Positions 43,959 through 52,441 of a DNA stretch of 64,000 bases are shown in pieces. Made by a program: the position numbers and the translations under genes. A model generated the notes under the pieces. It was not told where the DNA came from, ran no database searches, and saw only the letters and a program-made list of their open reading frames with translations. The stretch comes from Myxococcota bacterium (lineage in GTDB: Bacteria; Myxococcota_A; UBA9160; UBA6930): positions 5,024,001 to 5,088,000 of the forward strand of contig OZ245002.1 of NCBI GenBank assembly GCA_965223415.1, in the 5' to 3' direction. Position 1 is the first letter of the stretch; each line of letters begins with the position of its first letter.

Positions 43959-46409
43959 CTACGCCCTCGTCGCTGAAGCCACGATTGCCTGCTGCGGCGA
44001 GCCCAGGCAGGGAAAGACCGACTCGACTCGCAGGCCGGCGCTCTCGATCAGCTTTCGGAAAGCGATCTCGCTCCAGAACTGAAACGCGCCGGCTTCCTCC
44101 AGATCCATCAACTTCGCACCGTCGTTGAGGAACGCCCGAGCCGCTTGCATGATCTGCGCGCGGGATGCGCCGGGAAAGAAGGAATCGAACTGGCCATCTT
44201 CGACGCCAGCGAGAGCGCGCGTGTAGATCTGCGAGATGTCCGCATCGGGCCTCATTGTTGAGAGAACCAACCTCCCTTGCGGGCGCAGAACTCGCGCGAT
44301 CTCGGTCAGGACAGACTTCGCATCCGGTACATAGCTGAGCAGGAGAGATGCGAGCACTCGATCGCAGGAACCGCTGGCAAGGGGAAGGACCGAACGCTTG
44401 AGGTCGGCCTGGACGAACTCCACACTCAAGCTCGCATCTCGGCGAATCTGGGTCTTCACGTGTTGGAGGGCACCCATCACGAGGTCGCACTCAACGAGCT
44501 GCAGGGCGGGCTGGGATCCAGCCCGACGCAGGTAGCTCGGAAACGCGCCCGTTCCCGAGCCGAGATCGAGAACGCGATTGCCTGGGGTCAGCTGGAGATC
44601 CGCGACCTGGCGCTGCATAAACTCCTGGTAGTCGTGTGTCGCGTTCAGAAGCGCGATCCCCATACCAGAGGATCTTCCAAGCAAGTAGTCCGCCCAGAAG
44701 TCGGCGACATTCGGCTCGGCCTGCCCGAGGCGAGACCGCTCGGCCGCACTCCGCTTCGCAAGATCCCGAATGCTGGGCGCCCGTCCGCTGATGCGGCGCT
44801 CCAACGCAGCCTGGCTCACCTCTTCAGCGATGAGCTGGAAGACGTCGAGCGCCTCTTGGCTAGAGCGAAGCTGGTGACCCGTAGGCACCTCTAGGAGCTT
44901 GCGGTTGCCAGCACTCCCGCAGGCGAGGACCTCCCGCACGCGATCGAGCTCCATCCACGCGTCGAACCTCCCGTGGAGCCACGTGATGGGCACGAAGATC
45001 TGGGAGAAATCCCGACGCGAATCGGAAAGGAAGGAGAGCCCTTGTTGCGTTGCATCCACCCCCGCATAGTCGATATCGACGGTGACCCCGAGGATCTCCT
45101 GGCGGCCAAACGACAACCCCTTTTCGATGCCGCCCATGTAGTCGACGCCACCAGATATGACGCGCATCATCGACTGAATATCGGCCGTACCTACCACGCA
45201 GATCCACGCATCGACGGTCTCGCCGCGATCCGAAGCCAAATACGCTCTACCTTCGATCGAGGACGCGCTAAACGTGACCAGCGCCAGCTTCTCGCAGCCG
45301 CGTTCACGGCGCAGGAAGTTGGCTGCAGCACGGATGTCCTTGACCCCCTGGGAAAAGGTGAACCGGTCGTGCTCCCGACCTGGCTGCAAGCAATCGGGGT
45401 CCCTGTAGGACTCGCCGCGCTTTCGTACACCGTCGAATCGAAGGATAGAAACGGGCTGGCTCGCCGCCCGAAACGTCGCCAGGAGAGTCCTGGCGAGCGG
45501 CATTAGGGTCTCCTTTGTTCGGCCCCATGCCGGCGGGATCACCACACCGAGGCGTCCCTCCCCCCTCCCCCACTCGTCCGCGATGCCTCGAATGGGCTCG
45601 CGGTCCTCGGTCTCGAACTCCACAAGATGGATCTTTGTGTCACGAGTTCCGAGCCCCGCTCGGCGCAGCAGCTGCTCAGTTGCACTCGCGGTTGCTCCCG
45701 ATGCCACAGCCAACTTCCGCAATAGCCGCTGGCTTGAAGAGCGCTCAACGATCGCGTCCTTTCGATCCACACCGACCGCCGGAGCGTAGGGTACGGGCGA
45801 TGTCTTGAGGTGTATCCGCGACCAGCCGTTCGCATCCCGAGTTACGCCCGCGACCCTGGCGAAGCGGTGGCTGTGGCGGGATGCACTCGTGTCGAACTCG
45901 AGTTCGAAGGAGGCTCCCGATTGCGGGGCACTCGTCGCTTCCGCGCGAATCGCCAACCCCGCTTCCGAGGAGTCAAGGATCTCGCCTCGGAACGCTTTTC
46001 CTTCGCCTCGCAAGACGACGCGTTCCCCGGACAGGTCCCCCGACCGCAGCCGCTCACGCCGCTCGTTCTGAAACACGACATCGGGAACCCGCACGATCAA
46101 CGGCGATTCGGATTCAGGCGACAGCGGATCAGCCGAGAAGAAGTACCGGTTGCCGTTCAGTTCGAAGCGCAGGAAGATCTGCTCCCGTCCGGTCGCGGCG
46201 AAGTTCTCCGTCGCCAGCACCAGCTCTCCGCCCCGGATCTCCTCGATCGTCGCGGACTCGGGGCGTACCGCCCTGTTCATCCCGCGATAGAGGGTCGCTC
46301 GCTCGCTGGCAGCCTGCTCCAACAGGGCGCGAACGCCCGACACATCCCGCATGCCCTCAGGATGAAGCCGAGCAAGATCGTCCACACCGATCAACTGCGA
46401 AACCGCCAC
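43959..46409 (-). CDS. Fusion protein: YcgR-N/PilZ + LuxD-like acyl-thioesterase + class I SAM methyltransferase
   Basis: PilZ RERLR and DSSEAG; hydrolase RFDG...GES, TFSAS, FDAW, TGHQL; methyltransferase VLDLGSGTG. Confidence 0.82.
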   Translation of the reverse strand: MAVSQLIGVDDLARLHPEGMRDVSGVRALLEQAASERATLYRGMNRAVRPESATIEEIRGGELVLATENFAATGREQIFLRFELNGNRYFFSADPLSPESESPLIVRVPDVVFQNERRERLRSGDLSGERVVLRGEGKAFRGEILDSSEAGLAIRAEATSAPQSGASFELEFDTSASRHSHRFARVAGVTRDANGWSRIHLKTSPVPYAPAVGVDRKDAIVERSSSQRLLRKLAVASGATASATEQLLRRAGLGTRDTKIHLVEFETEDREPIRGIADEWGRGEGRLGVVIPPAWGRTKETLMPLARTLLATFRAASQPVSILRFDGVRKRGESYRDPDCLQPGREHDRFTFSQGVKDIRAAANFLRRERGCEKLALVTFSASSIEGRAYLASDRGETVDAWICVVGTADIQSMMRVISGGVDYMGGIEKGLSFGRQEILGVTVDIDYAGVDATQQGLSFLSDSRRDFSQIFVPITWLHGRFDAWMELDRVREVLACGSAGNRKLLEVPTGHQLRSSQEALDVFQLIAEEVSQAALERRISGRAPSIRDLAKRSAAERSRLGQAEPNVADFWADYLLGRSSGMGIALLNATHDYQEFMQRQVADLQLTPGNRVLDLGSGTGAFPSYLRRAGSQPALQLVECDLVMGALQHVKTQIRRDASLSVEFVQADLKRSVLPLASGSCDRVLASLLLSYVPDAKSVLTEIARVLRPQGRLVLSTMRPDADISQIYTRALAGVEDGQFDSFFPGASRAQIMQAARAFLNDGAKLMDLEEAGAFQFWSEIAFRKLIESAGLRVESVFPCLGSPQQAIVASATRA

Positions 46410-46446
46410 GCCGCCGCCTCTTCTCTTGCCGTTCGCCAGCCCCGAG

Positions 46447-47352
46447 TCACGCGAAACGAGGAGTGAGTCCTATAGCTCTCCACAACGGCAGGGTTCTACG
46501 AGACACCATCTGAAGCTGCACGAGGAACGGGAGAATCCGCGACGTGCAGTCCCGGAAGAACTCGCGGCGGTGTACCGAGCGGCGCGAAGAACGCCACAAG
46601 CGCCACGCTTCACTACTGTCGGAGGCTAGGCCGGATCGGACGTAGACCTGCGGTGGGTTCATGGCTTCAAAGACAAGAAGCAGGACGGCAGGTGCGGCCA
46701 GGTCGATTGCTGCTCGTCGAACCGCACCAGAACTCTCATAGGCATCGTGGAGGTTCATTCTGGCATAGTCCATGTGCCGCGCCTCCTCCATGCGATGAAT
46801 CATGCCAACGTCCCGAAGGGTCGGATGCTTGGCGCCGAGCTCGAGAGCGCGGGCAATGAACGTGTCCGTGATGTCCTCAACCGCGAGCATCCCTAGGAAG
46901 TAGAGCGCGTTCCCTTTGGCAACGGCCCACTCCCCTACCCGTTCGACCGCACCATGGAAACCGGCAGGTGGGTACGGACCTACGCCGATCTCGCTCACGA
47001 GCCGAGAAAACATGCGGCTGTGGCGAGCCTCTTCCTCGATGACCTTCAGCCGGTATCGGGTCACGTCCGCAACCGGGTCGGAGTTCCGAACCAAGCGGGC
47101 CAAGGCCTGATTCAGGACGCCCTCGAAGCGGATGAATGACGAGAACATCGCGGCCGTCTCATGGAGTGCGAGCTCGGCCTTCTGGGCCTCGGAGAGGCGA
47201 TCGAACTCGGGCGTCCCAAACAGGCTCAGCGCCTCGTCAGGGAGGAGGGGGGGCGCGCCGCGGAACGGGACGCCCCACTCAACAGCCTCGTCCGGATCGA
47301 TGAAGTTCCTGACCGAGGCGCTCTCGAGCTTCTTGAGCCGACTGACATCCAT
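46447..47352 (-). CDS. AurF-like ferritin-fold diiron oxygenase
   Basis: FE...EEARH and VE...HRMEEARH carboxylate/His ligand sets; LSLFGTPEFDRLSEAQK. Confidence 0.82.
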   Translation of the reverse strand: MDVSRLKKLESASVRNFIDPDEAVEWGVPFRGAPPLLPDEALSLFGTPEFDRLSEAQKAELALHETAAMFSSFIRFEGVLNQALARLVRNSDPVADVTRYRLKVIEEEARHSRMFSRLVSEIGVGPYPPAGFHGAVERVGEWAVAKGNALYFLGMLAVEDITDTFIARALELGAKHPTLRDVGMIHRMEEARHMDYARMNLHDAYESSGAVRRAAIDLAAPAVLLLVFEAMNPPQVYVRSGLASDSSEAWRLWRSSRRSVHRREFFRDCTSRILPFLVQLQMVSRRTLPLWRAIGLTPRFA

Positions 47353-47591
47353 GTGTGGTCGGGAATCCTGGGCTAGGGCGATCCTGAAGAGCTCAAGAGT
47401 AACGGCAAAACGCGGTTTTAGACCAAAGAACTGCCGATTCGTGAGATGGGGCGAATCGACTACAGGCGCTGGCGAGATTAACCCGTTTAGGGTGCCATAC
47501 TACACCCACATATTGCCCCGTGGGAAGCGTAAGCGCGCCCGTGCGAGCGATTCTGGGCACAAGTGGACGCTCCCGGACAGGCCAGAAGGCC

Positions 47592-48596
47592 CTAAGGCGA
47601 GCCCGATATCTGTCTCGCCTTGACCCCCGCTTCACGAAGGAGCCGGACCGAAACGTCTCCGAGCGGATAGGCGATATCGAAAACCACCTCCGCGATCCCC
47701 GAATTGATGATCATCTTGGTGCAGAGCAGACACGGGCAGAAGGTCGAGTAGAGTGTCGCCCCCCGGACCTGGACCCCGTGATACGCGCTCTGGGTAATCG
47801 CGTTCTCCTCGGCGTGGGAGCAGACGCATTCGCCGAGGTCTTTGCCCCCCGGCCCGAAGTCGTTGCAGCGGGGACAGCCACCTTCGTTGCAGTTCGTGGT
47901 GCCGCGAGGAGTCCCGTTGTAGCCGGTGGCGATGATGCGGCGGTCGATCGTGAGGACGGCGGCCACCTTGCGTTTCACGCAGTTGCTACGAGTGGCCACG
48001 ACGCGGGCGATGCTCATAAAGTACTCGTCCCAGTCGGGTCGCCGAAAGAACTGGTTGCCCCGAAGAAGGCTCTGGATCGCGGCGTGAAGCTCAGCGAGAT
48101 CCCCATCGTTTCTGAGGGTGTGGTCGGCAAGGTCGCGGACGCCAAGGAGCTGCTGGCTCGCTGGATCGGGACTGGCCAGCTCAGATCCCTCCAGGCGACG
48201 CAGCTCTTCCAGGGTGTGAGGATCACCGGAGCGGCCCCGCGTTCTCAGTCGTTCGAAACGGATGGATTCATCAGCGTCCACCCAGATAAGGCGGAAATCC
48301 GACGCTAGCTCACGGAGAGCATCCACTTCCGCGGGATGACGGATCGAGTCGACCACGTAGTTGTGATGCGGCTCGAGGTAGGTCATCAGGCGACGCGCTA
48401 GGGCGCCTTCACCCTCCGCTTCGCGCAGAGCCCGCCCCGTTTGGATCATGCGCTCCCGGGTCTCATCCAGCCCCTTGCGAGCAAGTTCCTTGCGGATGAC
48501 GTCGGAGAGTGACCAGGCCGAGAAGCTCCGACCCTCCAGGAAGGACACGACCTCGCCCTTGCCCGCTGCGTAGAGGCCGGACACCCCGATGATCAT
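47592..48596 (-). CDS. P-loop nucleotide-kinase-like domain fused to dCMP deaminase
   Basis: MIIGVSGLYAAGKG, SDVIR, DSIRHPAE; RPDWDEYFM, GYNG, HAEENA, PCLLC (Zn). Confidence 0.9.
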   Translation of the reverse strand: MIIGVSGLYAAGKGEVVSFLEGRSFSAWSLSDVIRKELARKGLDETRERMIQTGRALREAEGEGALARRLMTYLEPHHNYVVDSIRHPAEVDALRELASDFRLIWVDADESIRFERLRTRGRSGDPHTLEELRRLEGSELASPDPASQQLLGVRDLADHTLRNDGDLAELHAAIQSLLRGNQFFRRPDWDEYFMSIARVVATRSNCVKRKVAAVLTIDRRIIATGYNGTPRGTTNCNEGGCPRCNDFGPGGKDLGECVCSHAEENAITQSAYHGVQVRGATLYSTFCPCLLCTKMIINSGIAEVVFDIAYPLGDVSVRLLREAGVKARQISGSP

Positions 48597-48694
48597 AGAA
48601 TTGGCTCCCCTGGTCTGATTCGCGATCGGTGCCTGATCTTTGCACCTACGCGGCGCCAAGCCAACACGGTCGTTTCGCCGAAGGCGGCCCCTTA

Positions 48695-51673
48695 CTAGCC
48701 GGCAACACGCCGCCGAATGTCGGCAACGGAAGTTCCGAGCGCAGCCATTCCGAGGCCAGCTGCGGTCTCTTCAGCCTCCCCAAGCTCCTTCAGCGCCTGG
48801 TCGACCTGTGCCCGCCCGCCTAGCGCCAAGCGAACCCGGGCTGAATCGACCAAGGTGTGCGCCCGCCAGACCGGGCATTGCGCCTGGCTTTCCGCTTCAG
48901 CCGCCGACTCCAGCCTGGCAATCGCAGCTTCGAGGTCACCCTCAGCCGCCAGCAGTTTCCCAACGATTCGCTCAACGGTTCCCCACGTCATGACCCCGTA
49001 CCCCGCCATCGGGCGCTGGGACGAGAACGGAGCCAGTGCTTCGCGAAAGCGCGGTGTGTCTTCGGTGACCGAGAACGCAAGGCACACTTCTGCCAGGACA
49101 GTCAGCGTCAGGAGCCAGACGTTGTCGAGCGACAGAAAGGAGATTCCTCCGGCGAGCCCGCGGTAGTCGTTGCGAGCAAGCTGGTCCATCCCCGCTTGCT
49201 CCGCGTACCGGCACCTCACAGCCCTCCACACGACGAAGCCTGGGAATTGATCAACGATTTCTGTGATCGAGGGGACGGCTTCGTTGAAGCGACCCTGGTG
49301 GTACGCGGTTACAACGAACATCGCGCCACTACTGTGAATGAGGTTCGCGTCTCCATAGGGCCCACCAACGCGTGCCATTTCCGCCGAGTGGCGCTCGACA
49401 GCTCCCCAGTCGCCCTCATCGAGCGCAATGCTCGCCCGGTAGAGGACTGGATACCATCGGCTCTCGGGAGTCCCCGGCCTCTTGACGACTGCCTCGAGAC
49501 GCGAGATCTCTCTCTCCCGCTCTACCCGCCTACCAAGCTCTGCGAGAGTAGACGCACGAAAGATCCGCGCGACGATCTCCACCTGACGCTCTGAGGCGTC
49601 GGCGGCCGCGGCGGCCAGTCGTGTGGCAGCGTTTAGGCGCTCGACCACGTCACCCGGCTGCCAGAGGGCCGCGATTCGAAAGGCCTCCACGAAGAGCTTC
49701 GAGCTTCGCTCTCCTGAGGCCGCGGCGGCCCGCGACGCATCTTGAAGCAAGCGCCGCCGCTCCTCGGATGAGCCCGGTTCCCAGTACAGCGCCATGGCGA
49801 GCCGGGCCAGTAGGCGTGCGCGTTCCTCCTTCGCGGATAGAGGCACCTGCGCGAGCGCACGGCGGGTGACCGACAACGCCACCTCATCGACTCGTCCCGC
49901 CTCGAGCGACGTAACGCCGGGAGCCACTGTCAAGGCGGCCTGGCATGCAACCCCCCAATTGCCGCTCTGCTCAGCGATGTCCATGGCCCTGAGCACGGTC
50001 CGCCTCGCGTCCCCTCGATTTCCCGCAGACATCTGTGCGGCTGCAAGGTTGCCCAGCGTGGCGGCTTGCAGCTCGGCCCCTATCGAGTGTTCGCGCATCA
50101 GGGCGAGAGCACGCTGACAGTGCGCGACAGCTTCTGAGAATGCACCGCGCGCGAAGGCCTCGAGTCCGGCCTCGGCGGAGTACCTCATCGCCGGCTCGGG
50201 GCCGCAGGCTGGAATGGCCTCTGAAAAGTGATGTGCAAGCGCGGAAGCGATCTCGGATCGGTCGGATCGTTCCAAGGCCGATGCGACGGCAGAGTGGTGC
50301 TGGACCCGATGGCGCTGCTCGATCGCGGAATAGATCGCATCCCTCACGAGGAGATGCGCGAAGCTCGTGATCCGCCCATGCGGCCCCGGTGATCGGAGGA
50401 GGTCAGCATCGACCGCTGGTTCAAGGTCTCGAGACAAGCTTGCCAGATCGCACCCTAGGACTTCGGCCAGCAGATCGAGATCGACCTCCTGCCCGAGCAC
50501 GGCAGCAACATCCAGGGCGCGCCTCGACTGCGGGGGTAGGCGATCGACGCGATCGATCGCAGCGCCCAGCGCGTTCGACGGCAGGTTGGTTGTATCTTGT
50601 GAGATCGGCCCAGCCAGAAGCTGCGAAAGAAAGAGCGGATTGCCCCCCGAGAGCCGAAACAGCCTCTCGACGTGGTCTCGTGCAGTTCCAACGCCGATCT
50701 GAGTCGCGAACTCCCGCGTCGAGTCGATATCGAGGGGCCCTAGATCGAGTACCGCACAACGGCTCTCGAGGCTCCTCAGAGGCGGAACCAGGTCCGCCGT
50801 CCACTCCGTCTCTGCCCCTCGATAGGCGGCGAGCATTCGAAGCGCACAGGGGCGCATCTCGAAGCACACGAACATCGCCTGCCGAAACGAAGCGCCATCG
50901 GAGCGATGGAGATCGTCGATGACAAGGACCGGCGAGAGTCGATCAGCGGCTTCCCTCCAGAGCTCCGCTGTCTCGTCCAGCGCGGCGAAGTGCGTCGCCG
51001 CGGCCAATCCAGCTCCATCGGAGGCGGACCGGCCCGGACGAGCTAGCCAACCATCGGCCTTCTCGACCAAGGGCGTTTCGCCGGAACTCGAGGCGAAATC
51101 GCGGAGCTCGCGCGCAAGCTGAATCCACGGCCAGAGCGGAGGCGCCCCCGGAGTCTCGGCACAGCGGCCGACGAAGATCGGGGAACCTGATGCGCGGGCT
51201 CGCCTCGCGAACTCGGACCAGAGGCGCGTCTTTCCCACGCCCGGCTCTCCGCGAAGGAGAACCAGCCGAGTCTGCTCGCCCGGTGCGTCCAGCAGCTGCG
51301 CCTCGAGCTGCGCAAGCTCTGCGGACCGGCCGATGAGGGGAGGCCCTGCTTCATTCGGGCCCGAGACGATTTCGACGTCTGTGGCGAAGCGGATCCCTCT
51401 CCCTCGAACTGTTTCGATGAGCCGTGAGTTCTTGGCGTCATCACCGAGTACACGCCGCGCCGAATAGATCGCCTGAGAGACGACGTGGTCCGAGACGTGT
51501 ACCCCTTTCCAAACCTCCGCGAGCAGCTCAGACCGAGTGACGATCCGACCCCGAGACCGGGCTAGGTAGAGAACTACGTCGAGGACTCGTCGCTCGACGG
51601 GAACTAGCTTGGATTCGCGGCGAAGCTGGCCAGCGAAGTCGTCGATCTCGAAATCAAGGAAGCGATACAGCAT
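48695..51673 (-). CDS. OmpR/CadC-type wHTH + STAND-like ATPase + helical-repeat transcriptional regulator
   Basis: wHTH ending IETVRGRGIRF; LIGR..EL; GEPGVGKT; VIDDLH; GGNPLF; FAHLLVRD; TPR-like C-terminus. Confidence 0.88.
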   Translation of the reverse strand: MLYRFLDFEIDDFAGQLRRESKLVPVERRVLDVVLYLARSRGRIVTRSELLAEVWKGVHVSDHVVSQAIYSARRVLGDDAKNSRLIETVRGRGIRFATDVEIVSGPNEAGPPLIGRSAELAQLEAQLLDAPGEQTRLVLLRGEPGVGKTRLWSEFARRARASGSPIFVGRCAETPGAPPLWPWIQLARELRDFASSSGETPLVEKADGWLARPGRSASDGAGLAAATHFAALDETAELWREAADRLSPVLVIDDLHRSDGASFRQAMFVCFEMRPCALRMLAAYRGAETEWTADLVPPLRSLESRCAVLDLGPLDIDSTREFATQIGVGTARDHVERLFRLSGGNPLFLSQLLAGPISQDTTNLPSNALGAAIDRVDRLPPQSRRALDVAAVLGQEVDLDLLAEVLGCDLASLSRDLEPAVDADLLRSPGPHGRITSFAHLLVRDAIYSAIEQRHRVQHHSAVASALERSDRSEIASALAHHFSEAIPACGPEPAMRYSAEAGLEAFARGAFSEAVAHCQRALALMREHSIGAELQAATLGNLAAAQMSAGNRGDARRTVLRAMDIAEQSGNWGVACQAALTVAPGVTSLEAGRVDEVALSVTRRALAQVPLSAKEERARLLARLAMALYWEPGSSEERRRLLQDASRAAAASGERSSKLFVEAFRIAALWQPGDVVERLNAATRLAAAAADASERQVEIVARIFRASTLAELGRRVEREREISRLEAVVKRPGTPESRWYPVLYRASIALDEGDWGAVERHSAEMARVGGPYGDANLIHSSGAMFVVTAYHQGRFNEAVPSITEIVDQFPGFVVWRAVRCRYAEQAGMDQLARNDYRGLAGGISFLSLDNVWLLTLTVLAEVCLAFSVTEDTPRFREALAPFSSQRPMAGYGVMTWGTVERIVGKLLAAEGDLEAAIARLESAAEAESQAQCPVWRAHTLVDSARVRLALGGRAQVDQALKELGEAEETAAGLGMAALGTSVADIRRRVAG

Positions 51674-51787
51674 GGATGAGCCGGCAGAGAGAGTGCAGCA
51701 TCGGCCAATCGCGAGGAAACCAATGCAGGCCTCAATCTAACGACTCGATGCCGAGGCGCGGCTGGACGGTTTCGGCGGGGGTGTGCC

Positions 51788-52309
51788 TCAGAAGTCCACG
51801 AGGATGCAGAGGCCGCTGCTCGGCCCCAAGGAGCGGCCCAGGCGATCGCGGGGGTCGACGGGGTAGCCGGTGCCGGCCTGACCGCGGAATTTCGCGGGCA
51901 GCTCGAGGATGGCGATCACGGGGCTGCCGCCGGCGCAGTTCTCGAGCTGGCCCAAGGTGAGGCCGGACGGCTCGGCGGGGCCATAGGCGAGGACCGGGGC
52001 GGGTGCCTGGCGAACGGGATAGGCGCCCAGAACTCGTGGCCGCGGTTCGTCGGCGGGCAGCACCACGCGGGCGGGTACAGCTCGCCCCTCCGCGTCGAGG
52101 CCGAGCGCGATACGAAGGGGTCCGTCCGCCTGCTCCGCGGCGAGCCAGGGGTCGCCGTAGGCGGGGTCCATGCGCGGGGTGATCAGGACGGCCGCGGCGG
52201 CTGCTGCGAAGCACGCACCCACCACCAGGGCGTGTCGGAGGGGGATTCGACCCACCGGGACGAGCCCGCAGCTGGGATGGGAACGGCGGTGCTGGGCATT
52301 GGCGTCCAT
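51788..52309 (-). CDS. Hypothetical membrane-anchored or exported protein
   Basis: ATG start, GC-rich third positions, one hydrophobic segment; no recognised family. Confidence 0.5.
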   Translation of the reverse strand: MDANAQHRRSHPSCGLVPVGRIPLRHALVVGACFAAAAAAVLITPRMDPAYGDPWLAAEQADGPLRIALGLDAEGRAVPARVVLPADEPRPRVLGAYPVRQAPAPVLAYGPAEPSGLTLGQLENCAGGSPVIAILELPAKFRGQAGTGYPVDPRDRLGRSLGPSSGLCILVDF

Positions 52310-52441
52310 CGCGTGGAACGTGCCAGACGACCCGGAGCGGAAACCTCAGGATTCGCTAAAGGATCCTCCCCTCGGGGACAGCCAGGCGCCAACGCTCGTC
52401 CGCCTGGTTCGCTGCGTCCCCATCTGTCAGGTTCCGCCGCC

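Noticed and set aside
43959..46409. Bioluminescence (lux) operon
   Set aside because: Only a LuxD-like domain is present; no luxA/B/C/E in the window.
47483..47498. Sigma54 promoter for the oxygenase operon (minus-strand TGGCAC)
   Set aside because: The -12 position reads GG rather than the required GC.
48597..48694. AvcI-like antitoxin RNA upstream of the deaminase
   Set aside because: The gap is only ~98 bp with no evident structure; cannot be supported.
36332..51750. tRNA-anchored integrative element
   Set aside because: The low-GC block lies on the 5' side of the tRNA, several kb away. There is no integrase and I saw no duplicated tRNA 3' end.
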